Assembly: GCF_018977255.1 (NCBI RefSeq)
Contig: NW_024704742.1
Location: forward strand, 29,824,001-29,888,000
Origin: Callorhinchus milii
Lineage: Eukaryota
Direction of reading: 5' to 3'
DNA length: 64,000 bases
The notes beneath the pieces are model-generated. The model did not search any database, had not been told where the DNA came from, and saw only the letters and a program-made list of their open reading frames with translations. This document shows positions 24,101 to 37,240 of the stretch, piece by piece (position 1 is the stretch's first letter; the number at the start of each line of letters is the position of its first letter). A program made the translations under genes and the position numbers.

Positions 24101-27100
24101 AGGTGCTTTTTAAGAGCGTAATCTTGTTATTGTTGACACATGGTACAGCACTGCCAACAAAGTCATGAGTCAGAGAGAGGTGTCCCTTGATATAAACTTT
24201 GAATCCAGGCCAGTGGTGATATTTGCACCTCTCGGTAAGGTAAGCAGGTTACCTCCTCAATACTGCTCAAATGACAAAGAACATTCATCAGCAGACGTGG
24301 AAGGACCGGAAACAAACCAGGAATGTCGTATAGGAAGAACTGGAATTGTTTTTTTCTGAGTACTGTTATCTTATTGGACTTGCTCAATGTTAAATCAGGT
24401 GTCTTTCAAAGCTCAGTGGGTAAATGCCTGACATGACATTCAGCAACACAGCTCAAGCCATTGCTGTGCTCTGATCTCTAGCTAGGCAGCAGTCTGTGGC
24501 TCTGCCATTGATCTCAATGTCCAGCCAATCTTCCTGCTCCCTCCTGCTATCTGTGGTCCAATGCTGGAAAACAGGTACGTGATACATTAGGTCAGGAACA
24601 GGATTAGGTTTACCCGTGATGCTCTCTACAACAAATGTCCGTGATCCTGTGATTCTGATCGCCACTGTCTGAATTCACACATGCAAAAGTGGGTCACCTG
24701 AGTGAGGCATCTGACAGTAGCTCACGCTCAGGGTACCAGACCTCAGTGTGAGAAGACCTCCTGCGGAGGAGAGAAAGGGAAGTGCAATAATCCATTTTAA
24801 TATTAAAATTCTAAATTGTGATAACGTCTTGAATGAGAATCTGTACAATGGTACAGTGATTTCCATAGCACCCTTGCCTTAAGATAACATCTCGGAGGGC
24901 TTTACAAAGACCCCTACCAAGACAGAAGGGAGAGAGGGAGAGGAGAATGAAGAATGACAATAGGTGTGGTTTGATTCCCAGCTTGTGTTTCAGTCAGCTG
25001 ATCTCAGTTTGTGTTGGTAGAAGCACTACAAATAACTTCAATGCTACTGTGCTTGCAAAGCGGTTAAAAATCAACTAGGGTTAGTCCCCTTCTCCTTCTT
25101 CAATTGAATTTGCAGCACAGATAAAGGCCATTCGGCCCATCTTGTCTGTGCTAACTCTTTTAAGAGCAATCCTTTTAGTTCGGTTTACCTGCCTTAAGGC
25201 AACTAGCTAGTCATTCAGTACACAAGGGAGATTTGAACTTGTGACCTTCTAGATCTCTTTAGGTCAGTACTACACTGATTAGGTTTATTTACTGGCCAAT
25301 GCAGAACTGGCTAAAAATTCACTTTTTATCAATTGAGGCTTTTCACCAAGGTGGTCTACTTGGCAGAACTTTAGTTTTTTGGCTGAGGAGAGCATGATTT
25401 TTGCCCTTTCTCGGCAGATCAGCCCTAGAAAGGGGTGATTTATGTTAGGGTGAAATAACACAAGAAATGCTCTAAACATCACTGCCCAATCCTGGTCCTT
25501 ACCTAATATCCACACCCCACCCTTCAACTTAGCAGGATGTCAACAGGCTTTCGTTAACAAAGTGGAGAAGTGTGTGGAGGTCCACAGGAAAATACAGAGA
25601 CAGGTTGGCAAATATGCAGAAGCATTTGAGAATAAGAAGAAGGCAACCTGTGCGCAATTGGCTGCTGCGTTTTGCCCACACTGCACTTTACAATACATTC
25701 TGTGAAGCACTTTGAGACATCTCAACAACATGGTAAGGCCCTATACCAAATGCAAGTATTATTATTATATTAGTCAGTTCAAGGCTGTTTGTGGCAAATT
25801 GCTGTATGCAATAACAGATTATTATTATCTGCTGGGGAATAGGGAGCCAATGGATAATAATATTAATCCTTGCATTTGATACAGCATCTTATCACGTCTT
25901 AGAGATGTCTCAAAGCGCTTCACAAAGTATATTGTAAAGTGAATTGACTATATTTTGTGGGCGAAAGGCAGTAGCCAATTGCACACAGCAAATCTGGTGA
26001 GGATGGGAATGAAGGGCTTGCGAAATTTGGTAGCAGAAGTAAAACAAAGGTGAAGTTCAAATTATTTTGAACACTTATTTTTGTGAATGGCACAATATTA
26101 TTTACTGGTACTTATATCGGTTAAAGAAAAATACAGACTGTCAAAAAGTGATATTCATTTCTATTCAGTAAGATACTGTGTGTGTGGGATAACATGGACG
26201 TAAAGCTGACAAATACAAAGCCACTTGTTGTGCAAGAATGCCTAATTCGGAAGTAATGAATGGGAAGGTACACTTCACCAATCAAACCCCCAATTATATT
26301 AAAGGAACCCACTGTCAGAATGAATGCTGAGCATATTAGATACCAATAATCAGCAGGTTTTATTGATATTTTCTGTAAATAGCTGAAAGTGCTCGATTGG
26401 GTACATTGTGAAAACTGTGAATTGTGTCGTGACAGATAGCAGTTCCAGCCAATTAACAGCTAATGCGATAAACAAACAATCCCTTTATTCTTAAGCATAG
26501 ACATGTTATATAGGTTATATATATTAACCCTTCAAAAAATATTAAAAAATAATAATTTGGTCACTCAACCCACGACTGTCTGTGGGACACTGCTGTGTGC
26601 AATTGGCTGCTGCGTTTCGCCCACAAAAATATACAGTCCATTCACTTTACGGTATAATCTGTTAAGTGCAATGAGACGTCTCGAAGATGTGATAAAGAGC
26701 TACATCAAATGAAAGGATTATTATTATGATGTTACATGTGGAAAACACAGAGAATGTTCCACATGTGCAGTGTCAAAGTAAGTAGCAGATTATTTTTTCA
26801 TTGTTTTGCTTTTTTTCAGGCAGGCCAGTATTTGGTTAAGGAAGGGAAAAGTCAGCCTGATCCAGAGATGTTTGAAATTCCACCCAGTCTTAGCCCCAAG
26901 ATCATCTTGCTTTAAAATTTAAGATTCAAAATTCAAGATTTAAAAAGCATGGCATTAAGTTTAACACCGTGAGAAATTTCAGGCCTCTGCCTCCCTTTCA
27001 CGCTTAGATTAAGTTGCATGAATGAATAATAAATGCACATATTTTTGATGTTTATATTTAATGTAATCAACCAACATGACCCGATGAGAAAATTGTCATT

Positions 27101-28829
27101 ACAATATTCTAATTGACAGAGTGACTCACTGAGAATATGAAGGTGAGACACTGAGAACAATTGCAGATGTATCAGACTGAAATATCCACATCTGTAGTCA
27201 ACGACTAAACCACTGCAAAAAGAATAGGAAGTTCCTCCTGTTTCACTTTAGATGATCTTATTGTGGAACTTTTTTTTATTTTTCTACCATGTTTTGAACA
27301 ATAAAGTAACTTTTACTAAAATAATTTCTCCTGCGCTCGCCTCTAAATTAGTTTTGAAATGGTGTGAACTAGACGATGACCCCCAGAGGGGTAACCATTG
27401 TGGTGTGTGGTGACTATAGGAGTCGTATCAATTTGTGAATTGATGCTTCATGCAAACTGCACAGTCTTGTTGGTTTTATTTTGTAACCATTCTGTAGTTT
27501 AAAAAGACATTGTGATGGGCCTACAGGAAGCAGGTTGAGCTGGATGGGGGTGAGGGGGTGGGGCGTGGGAGGGGGGTGGAAGAGGGGGCGCACGGGAGGA
27601 ACAAGAGAGGAATTTGAGGGAGATTCAGAAGGGGGCAAAGGATAATGCCCTGAAAAAGGACTCCCCTGAAAAGCAGCCATACTGGGATTGTCTTGATTTG
27701 GGATTACGTTTATTTGGGAATTATTAGAGCATTTGATGTTGAAGCAATTTTCAATGTAGAAATAATAACAACAATAGATGCCTGTTTGATCTACAGAAAT
27801 CTATCAAACATGTATGTTGAGTATTGCAGCTGACTCCAAACTCACGGTTAACTCTTGATTAGTTCTGAGGTGCAAAGATAAAATGAATGTGTGGGTTCAC
27901 ACATAAATCCCATAGGATTATAAAAAGCCAGCACGCTCCTAGTTATTGCCGCCCTCCTGTAGTCACCACACACCTCAATGGTTTTCCCTCTGGGGGTGAT
28001 CTTCTCTTCCGGTTCATACCATTTCAAAACTCATTTAGAGAAGAGCGCAGGAGTTTTTTTTCGTAAAACGATCATAGACATCTGGAGCAAACCACTTGTG
28101 TGGGTGGTTGGGCAAAAAAAATGGAAAACTTCCTGGAAATTAAAAGATTCAGGAATATTAGGTGATGAGATAATATGCTGAAGAGATCTTTTGGGAATTT
28201 AGTTGGGTGGAGTTCGATAATCCAATGGCCTCAAATGAACTCACGTAGTCTAAGATGACATTCCAGTGCAGTGCTGAGGGTGTTTTGCATTGTTGGAGTT
28301 GACATCTTTCAGATGAAATGTTAAACCAAGGTCCCATTTGCCTGTTCAGGGGGACTTTAAAGATCCTGTGGTGCTATTCGAAAAGAGAAGGGAGTTTCTC
28401 CCAGTGTCCTGGCCAACAATACCCCAAATAAAATTGGTTACTCAGTTTCTGGATGTTTTGGGACATTTCTGTCACCTCCAGTATTATTTCTTCAACAACC
28501 TCGTAATCAACCTCCATAACTCAACACTCCACAATCTCCAGCTCATCCAGCATGTATCCTCTGTCAAACCAGGCACATGCTATATATCGTATCAAGGCAC
28601 TTTACAGAGTTCGAGTGGGGGAGCCCAAGCTGGGTGGGAGATGGAGATAAAAGGAATGATAGCTAAAGACAATGTGAAAAAGTTTTTTTAGAAGTAGAGA
28701 TGGAGGAGCAAGGTGGAAGGATTTCAGGAGAGAGTTCTTGAGAGCAGGGTCCAAGTAGTTGAAAGCTCATTCACCGACGAGGTGGAGGGGGCATGGGACA
28801 TGAAGCAGGGCAGGTCAGAGTCAATGTAC

Positions 28830-29540
28830 AATACAAAATTACATTTGTAAAGTGCTTTTCACATCGGGAGGACGACGTCCCACGATGCTAAACAGTCAGG
28901 GATTAGGACCTGAGTGGTGGAGTAGGGGGGGTTGGGATCAGGGTGGGTGTAGGGTGGGGAGGGTATGGGTAGGAGAGTGGCCGAAGGAACGGTCGAAGAG
29001 GAGGGTCTTGAGATGTGCCTTGAAGGAGGCGAGGGAGTGAGGCAAAGGAATGTGGGATGGAGTTCCAGAGGGTGGGGGCAGAGAAGCTGAACATGGAGCA
29101 GGCTGGAGCCTGCTGAGCGGAGGGAGCGGATAGGTTGATAAAGGGTTAGCAGGATGGAGAGGTAGGAGGAAGCAAGGCCTTGAAGATGAGGATGAGAATT
29201 TTGAACTCGGTCCTCTGAAGGATGGGAAGCCAATGGAGCCAGGCGAGGGTGGGTGTGATGGGGTCGCGGAGCCTGGTGCGGGAGAGAACATGAGCTGCAG
29301 AGTTCTAGATGATCTACAGCTTGTGGAGGGAAGAGTTGAACTCCAATGTAGTGGAGGGAGTGGGTGGGGGAATAGTACTTCAGTGGTTCACAGAGATATT
29401 GTGTTGCAGGCAATGGGGGTGGAAGCATTTGAAGCTAAGGATGAGGATCTTAAAGTTGATTTACTGGGGGATAGGGAGCCTCTGGAGCATGCCATGGCCT
29501 CAGGGAGCCTTGTGCAGGAGAGTATGCAGACTGGAGGGTT
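28830..29540 (-). mobile_element. Decayed L2 3' region
   Basis: Homologous to 31175-31900 (RLRDPITPTLAWLHW-like sequence) with an L2 tail. Confidence 0.85.
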
Positions 29541-29764
29541 CTGGATGATTATACTATGAATGAAGAATTACATATTTAAAATCATAACTTTGACAAAAGT
29601 TGGAGAAATGCATTGAATAGATTGATATCAAGCAGCTAAAGCATTGTTTACTGCTAACATAAGCTAAACTACGGTTTGAATTTCACTTGCTGACATCTGC
29701 AAATTGCTTTTTATTGCGTCTTACTACTTTTATATCTTTTTCAAATATTTCTGTTTGCCCATTG

Positions 29765-30508
29765 CTCCGGAACATCGCCAGACTACGGCATTACCTCACC
29801 CCTCACGCTGCTGAAACTCTGGTTCACGCCTTTGTCACCTCAAGGCTGGACTATGGGAACTCTCTCTCTCCTCGCCGGCCTTCCCGCCACCTCCCTCCAC
29901 AAGCTGCAGGTCATTCAGAACTCTGCAGCTCGTGTACTGTCCCGCACCAGGCTTCGGGACCACATCACTCCCACCCTCGCTCGCCTCCACTGGCTCCCAT
30001 CCCCCAGAGGATTGATTTCAAGATCCTCATCCTCACCTACAAGGCCATTCACGGCCTTGCTCCCTCCTACCTCTCCAACCTACTATCCCCCTACCTACCT
30101 GCCCGTATCCTCCGTTCCTCTGGCTCCGGTCTGCTCCACGTCCCCGCCCCAACCGCCCTACCATCGGTGGTCGGGCCTTCAGCCTCTCAGCCCCAGGCTC
30201 TGGAACTCCATCCCTCAGTGCCTTCGCCGCCTCCTCCCTTTCCTCCTTCAAGGCCGGTCTCAAAACCTTTCTCTTTGACCGTGCCTTCAGCTCCCCTCTC
30301 GACTCTCTTCCCCCTCCTCGCTCCCTCCCTTCCCTCCCCTCACCCTGACCATTTCCCCCCTCCTCGCTCCCTCCCTCCCTTCCCTCCCCTCACCCTCACC
30401 ATTTCCCCCCAATGCTCGGGTCATGACCCAACTGTGCAGCGCCTTGGGACGTCCTCCTGACGTGAAAGGCGCTTTATAAATGGAATCTTGTTGTCTTGTT
30501 ATTGTTGT
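29765..30508 (+). mobile_element. Young 5'-truncated L2-clade LINE
   Basis: Translates [33 protein letters not shown]; has a 3' pyrimidine repeat and (TTG)n tail. Near-identical reverse complement of 31175-31904. Confidence 0.95.
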
Positions 30509-30637
30509 TCATTTTCTCCTTATTTAACCACTGTACTCTTGGATTTTCCTACATTTCTCTTTTACCTCACTGGAATAAAATTTTCTTTCTACTTCCCTTA
30601 AAATGGGTTTAAACAATTTTTCCACTCTTTCTGTGTT

Positions 30638-30957
30638 ATAATAATAATAATAATCCTTGCATTTGGTATAGCGCTTTTCACATCTTCTAGACGTCTCAAA
30701 GGGCTTCACAGGATATACCGTAAAGTGAATTGACTGTATATTTGTGGGCGAAACTCGGTAGCCAATTGCGGACAGCAGTGTCCCACAAACAGTCGTGGAT
30801 TGAAGTGACCAATTTATTATTATTTTATTTTGTTTTCTTGAGGAATTATTACCAAGCGTGTGGTGTAAGGAAACTTGCCCAAGGTTTTGCCCTGCCAGGA
30901 ATTGAACCCAGGCTTCTCACTTGTGAGTTGAGTGCTCTGACCACTGAGCTACAGGAC
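30638..30957 (-). mobile_element. Full-length tRNA-derived SINE (Deu-like core, L2-like tail, (ATT)n)
   Basis: On the minus strand: A box TAGCTCAGTGG, B box GGTTCAATTCC, and tail GCGCTATACCAAATGCAAGG(ATT)n. Many partial copies, for example near 14193, 25855, 26525, 38195, 39225, 41360, 44995, 47085, 62025 and 62970. Confidence 0.9.
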
Positions 30958-31174
30958 TACAGGGTTGATAATGAATGAAATTTTAAATACATATTTAAAA
31001 GAATTCCGAGTCACAGAAGTAGAAAATTTAACGAGTTCACAATTAAATACAAAGTAGGTCAATCAGCTTCTGAAAGACAAAAACAATGTAACATCTTATG
31101 AATGGCATGTGAGAGATCCTTTATAAACAAGCTGAGCAAGAATGGCCAAAGAAAGGAAATAGACAATCAAGAGA

Positions 31175-32581
31175 AACAACAACAACAACAACAAGATTCC
31201 ATTTATAAAGCGCCTTTCACGTCAGGAGGACGTCCCAAGGCGCTGCACAGTTGGGTCATGACCCGAGCAGGGGGGAAATGGTCAGGGTGAGGGAAGGGAG
31301 GGAGCGAGGAGGGGGGAAATGGTCAGGGTGAGGGGAAGGAAGGGAGGGAGCGAGGAGGGGGAAGAGAGTCGAGAGGGGAGCTGAAGGCACGGTCAAAGAG
31401 AAAGGTTTTGAGACCGGCCTTGAAGGAGGAAAGGGAGGAAGCGGCGAAGGCACTGGGGGATGGAGTTCCAGAGCCTGGGGCTGAGAGGCTGAAGGCCCGA
31501 CCACCGATGGTAGGGCGGTTGGGGCGGGGGACGTGGAGCAGACCGGAGCCAGAGGAACGGAGGGTACGGACAGGTAGGTAGGGGGATAGTAGGTTGGAGA
31601 GGTAGGAGGGAGCAAGGCCGTGAATGGCCTTGTAGGTGAGGATGAGGATCTTGAAATCAATCCTCTGGGGGATGGGGAGCCAGTGGAGGCGAGCGAGGGT
31701 GGGAGTGATGTGGTCCCGAAGCCTGGTGCGGGACAGTACACGAGCTGCAGAGTTCTGAATGACCTGCAGCTTGTGGAGGGAGGTGGCGGGAAGGCCGGCG
31801 AGGAGAGAGTTCCCATAGTCCAGCCTTGAGGTGACAAAGGCATGAACTAGGGTTTCAGCAGCGTGAGGGGTGAGGTAATGCCGTAGTCTGGCGATGTTCC
31901 GGAGGTGATGGAAGGCGGTGCCAGTTGTGGTGCGGATGTGAGGGAGAAAGGACAACTCAGGGTCGAACAAAACGCCGAGGTTCCTGACTGGCTTTGAGAG
32001 GTGGAGAGTGCAGCCTTGGATGCTGATGGTGTCAGCGCCTGAGGTTCGGAGGCGCTGGCGTGAGCCAATCAGGAGGGCCTCGGTTTTTCGCACGTTGAGC
32101 TGAAGAAAGTTGTCTCTCGTCCAGGACTCGATGTCGGACAGGCAGGCTGTCAGGACATCGGTGGTCGTGGAGTTGAGAGTAGAGGAGGAAAGGTAGAGTT
32201 GGGTGTCATCCGCATACATGTGGAAGTTAACTCCATGTCTGCGGATGATGTCACCGAGGGGGAGCATATAGAGGGTGAAGAGGAGGGGACCAAGGACAGA
32301 GCCCTGAGGGACACCACATGAGACAGTGCGGGGGGTGGAGGAGAAGCCATTCGTCGAGACGAAGTGAAGACGGTGAGAAAGGTACGACCTAAACCATTCA
32401 AGGACAGTGCCTTGAAGGTTGAGGTGGGAGGACAAGCGGTGGAGTAGGATAGCGTGGTCGACCGTATCGAATGCTGCCGATAGGTCGAGGAGGACGAGGA
32501 GACAGAGGGAGCCCTGGTCACAGATGGTCAGGATATCATTGGTGACCTTGACCAGGGCAGTTTCTGTGCTATGGGCAGAAA
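31175..32581 (-). mobile_element. Young L2-clade LINE, 5'-truncated ORF2 reverse-transcriptase region
   Basis: Open frame with [47 protein letters not shown] and RNLGVLFD (track ORF 31323-32435). Confidence 0.97.
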
Positions 32582-35500
32582 GGTACGGATAGGAGAAAGG
32601 TGATGAAGATTGAGAAAGTGCAAAACTCCAAAAAAAAACAAAGTGTTGTTCAAGTTTCTAGTTTGGCTTCTCACTTAAGACAATCTGAAGCTCCAAAGTT
32701 CGCTTCCCTAAAGTCACGCATCACTGGAACCAAGTGCAATGATCACTGGGAGCACCAGTGTTGGCACACTTCCTTGCTGCAAGACATTTTATGCCTCTTT
32801 AAAATGGAATTGACGAAACATTTGAAAAATATATTCAAGGGTATTGGGAAAGAAAAGCAAATTGAATTTCAGTCAGTGAGTATTGTTGGTAGGTTTCTCC
32901 TGGCAGTGCACACAATGGGCTTTTTATCGCTCCTACCTGTTTAGGCATCTTTGTTTTTTGGGGCAGCTGAGTGTCTGACACATTTAGAAACCCATCATCA
33001 TGCTTTAGAGTATCCTAACCAAGTTGAGAACAAAGTCTTTGGGCTAAGCTGCTGAATAGCCCTGAAACTTCCCAACACAGTGACATTTGAGGAACATCTT
33101 TCCTCACCAGATTTCCTATGTTATCGAGATGATCGCTTGAAAATTATTTGCTTCTGCTGCATTTTAATCTATGGTACAAGAGTGCTCTAGGAAACTCGCA
33201 GTCAGTTCTTGTTACTGTCAATTTCAATTTGCCGGCTCAAGAAGTGACGGTAAGAGTGACATGCCAATAACAAGATTTCATTCCAATGTAATACAGCCGT
33301 CCTCAGAGAAACAGTCAGAAGGAATGTGCAATGAAAATCACTCAAAAATAAGTCAGTCAGTCGCTTACAATGGTGACAGCTCCAGCAGATTTACTCATAT
33401 AGAGAGAGATGCAAACCCTTGCCTCTGAATGACAGGATATGAGAATGATAATATAGGTGCATGGTATTAAGTGTATAAGAACACTGGGTGTAAAATCTGA
33501 TAATAGGTGCAGACTGCCAATAAAGCTAGTTACATTATCAAATACAAAATGAATAGGGAAAGACTACTATAGGTGACACAAATGACAATGGTAACTCACT
33601 ACAGATTGTCTTGAACTGCTTAGAACTCCTGACTTGTTGCAATGCCAGAACTGGGTTCTACAAACAAAATACTGTGCAAGCAGCAAAAAAAAAGGAAAGA
33701 AAAGAACATAACTGTGTTTGGATCACTTGTTGCCCTACCTTCTTGCTCCAGTCAAGCCTAAGAAAATCCAATGGATAATGCAGTAATAATGACGCAAATG
33801 TAAAGGGGTAGCCTGTTGACGCTGTCAGGACTCGGGCACATGAAGAATAACCATTTGAGCGAGATATTGGAGGACAGCAAATACCCCTGGCATCATAAGC
33901 CAGCATGAGTCAGCACTTTCGCACAAGGAGGGGGAAAAAAAACTTTCAAAATTTATTAAATAGAGAGGTGGAAATGAAACATTTGGTGTGATAACTACCA
34001 CTGACAATTTTAATGGCATCGTTAGAATTTCCGCTCCTCTTGATGCTCCATTTACCGCTGAGTTAAGACAGAATTCCATGAGATGACATTAAAATGTTCC
34101 AATCTTTAATCCATCAGATTCAATGTTGGGCATGGGTTGACTTCATGGCCACTGGAAACAACTGGCCTCAACCCCCTCAACCCACACACACAGGGTTAGG
34201 AGGATGCTTCAACCATGGTTAAGCACAATTCAATAAATAAAGGAAGGTGGTTTCAATTACTGTATATTAAGAAACTACCAAGGAGGCAATTGTATCAACA
34301 AGATCACAAGAGGTTTTGATGAATAACAACAATTTGCATTTATATAGCGTCCTTCACTGGGATAGTGTCTCGGAGCACTTAATGAAGAATCCCCTTTAGC
34401 CCATTTTACCTCACTCTTCTAGAATACCTATCTTGCCATCCTCCCTTTACAGGAGCAAGCTGTTTTTTTAAAATTATCCCAGCGTCCTGATTTCAACAAC
34501 ATTTGCTGGCAATCCTTTCCAGCTGTTAATTACTCTCTGAGTAAAGAAATACTTCCTGGTGTCTGTCCTGAAACTGTGACCTCTTGGACTTGGTGAATCT
34601 GAAATTATTATTCAGAGTTTCTCAATTCCATTTAAGATCTTTTATACCTCTATAAGGTCCCCTTTGAGACGTCTCTTTTGAAGACTTAAGAGCCTAGCTT
34701 GTCTAATCGTTGCTCATTGTACATTCCTCTAAGACTGGAGATCATGTTTGTCACTCTCCTCTAGGGCCAATACAGTATGTTGCAGTGACAGCAACTGTAT
34801 TCAGTACTTCAGTAATAATAATACTTTTGATATTTGATGTAACACCTTATGTCATCCTGTGCTTCGCAGGATTTACTGTATAGGTTAGTGACTGTGTATT
34901 TGTGGACAAATGCGGCAGCCAATATATGCACAGCAGCAATATCCCACAAACAGCAATGCAATAAGTAGGATTGATAAATATATGTGGTTCCTGCAACAAT
35001 CTACAGATTTGGAATTGCTGACGATCTAGGCTGTATTCCACAGAATCATTAACCCCCACAAAAAGCATCTACCTCAACAATATTCAGTGTACTCAATGCA
35101 CTGCAGCTCCAAAGCAATCAAACACCTAGGGCCGCAGAGCATTTGTTGTCAAGCTGTGAAATTTTCATGGCAAGAGATTTCTTTTTGGCTCCAGCCGGAT
35201 TTGAGCTGAATCGTGGCATTCAAAACTGATCTATCTCCAGGTTCTGCATGTTTCCTCGCAGACCTGTAACAACAGAGGAAATAATTACAGTAAAAAAATG
35301 TATTGCATTTTTAAGACCATCACAGCACACTTGAACATAATAAAACAGAAACCCTTTAATGCGGATTATTTACGCTCTTTAAAGGGAGGCATCCAAGTAT
35401 GTGAAATTCCACGAAGCCGCACAGAAAACAGACGCACAATTTGCTTTGGGGCTACATGGTCGAAACATTGTGCTGATGTTTTCTAGCTGCTGTTTGGTGG

Positions 35501-36864
35501 GGTGGCACAGTGGTGCTCGGTGGTGGGTGTGTGCCCACAGTCTTCCACAAGGTGGCTACTGATCTCAAGATCCTATGCATAAATCCTGTCTGAATTCCAA
35601 TCTTGATTTTAACCCTATTGATGCTGCCAATGCACATTTGGCAGCATCAGTACTCCACAACATGAGTAATTGTTCCCCTGAGGGTTCCCAAGGTGTCTTC
35701 AGTTGGGTGCCCCCACCCCTTCCCACTTCCCTCTTTCCATGTTAATGTCGCGTCAGAAATTGATAGGGCCACTTCGACGATGTGACCCTGTCAATCTTCA
35801 GTCAGGCCAGTTTTGAGCGAATGAAAATAACTCTTAAAAAAGTTGTTACAGTTTACCAGCAAAGAAATCACAGCACAGAAGGAGGTCATTCATCCCATTT
35901 TGGTGCGAGTCCCGACAAGAATTTACCACTCTAATCCTAAAACCCTCACCACATCCTTTATTTAAAAAATAATAATCCTACATTTGATACACCAAGAGGA
36001 TGTCTCAAAGTGCTTCACAAGAGTTATTGTAAATTATAGGGAATGTATTTGTAGGCAAATGCAGCAGCCAATTTTCACGAATGACCACTTTAATTTAAGG
36101 GATTGCTGGCCAGGTCTCCAGGAGAAACTTCCTACTTTTTCAAATATCAAGCTACAGTATGAATTGTTTATGACGTTAATACTGAAATAATGATGAGAAA
36201 TGTGATGCAGAGGCAGCAGCAGCACTTTATAAAACATTTCACAACCTCTCTGGAAATTTGCCATCCTCTTCACTAATTTCTAGGTACTATTAAGTCTGTC
36301 AGTCAGTAATTTAGAAAGAAAGCTTACCCCGACAATCACAGGACCATTACACTGCCAAAAATCTGTCTGCACAACCTTATACCTTGGTGAGTATCTCAAT
36401 AATTGATTGCAACCTTTCCTGTGTGACTAGATAAGTCCAGCTCTTAATTAAATTATTGACTAATAACAGAAGAGGAGTGGCGAGAAACGTATATAGATGA
36501 GGCAATTCAATATCCTATTTCAATAAGATGACGTAGGGACAATTTACAGGGAGCTTTCAGGAGGAGACATAGTCTTAAACTGAAAATCACTGTCGTGATC
36601 AAGACAGCATTTCTTTACAGAGGTTTATGAAGTGGAATGTTCTGCCCCAGAAAGCTGTTAAGGCAGAATCAATAAGGATGTATAATGATAGACAGATACT
36701 TGGATAAAGTAGAAAAGGGCATGTCGAAAGGGCGGGGAATTGGGATTAAAAGACTTGCCAAAATCTATTGAACTGGTGGAACAACCTCAATGGGTTTAAC
36801 ATCCACCTCCCGTTCCTGTTTTTCTTTGTTCCTGTGTCCTACCGCACATATTGCATATCCTAGT

Positions 36865-37240
36865 ATTAATAATAATACTTGCATTTGATATTGCGCCTCA
36901 TCATGTCATTGAGATGTTTCGAAGTACTTCACAGAATATACTGTAAAGTGAATTGACTGTATATTTTGTGGGCGAAACGTGACAGCCAATTGCGCACAAC
37001 AGTGTCCTACAAACAGTCGTGGATTGAGATACCAAATTATTATATTATGTTTATTCTTTTGAAGGATTATTACTTCTGGAAAGAGTTCTACCAATCGACT
37101 AACAACTGGGTTTCTACTCACTGCTTGATAAACAGTGGCATGTGGAGTAAGAAAACTTGCCTAACATTTCACCCTTCCACAAATTAAACCAGGGTCCTCT
37201 CGCTTGCAAGATGAGTGCTCTAACCAATACTCCACAGGAT
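36865..37240 (-). mobile_element. Near full-length tRNA SINE, long variant
   Basis: Same head, core and tail as 30638-30957, plus the internal GTAGAAACCCAGTTGTTAGTCGATTGG segment. Confidence 0.85.

Noticed and set aside
30885..30957. tRNA gene
   Set aside because: The A and B boxes are a SINE head continuous with the SINE core and tail.
31323..32435. Reverse transcriptase as a retron or domesticated gene
   Set aside because: It is an ordinary 5'-truncated L2 ORF2 with a LINE tail and sibling copies nearby.
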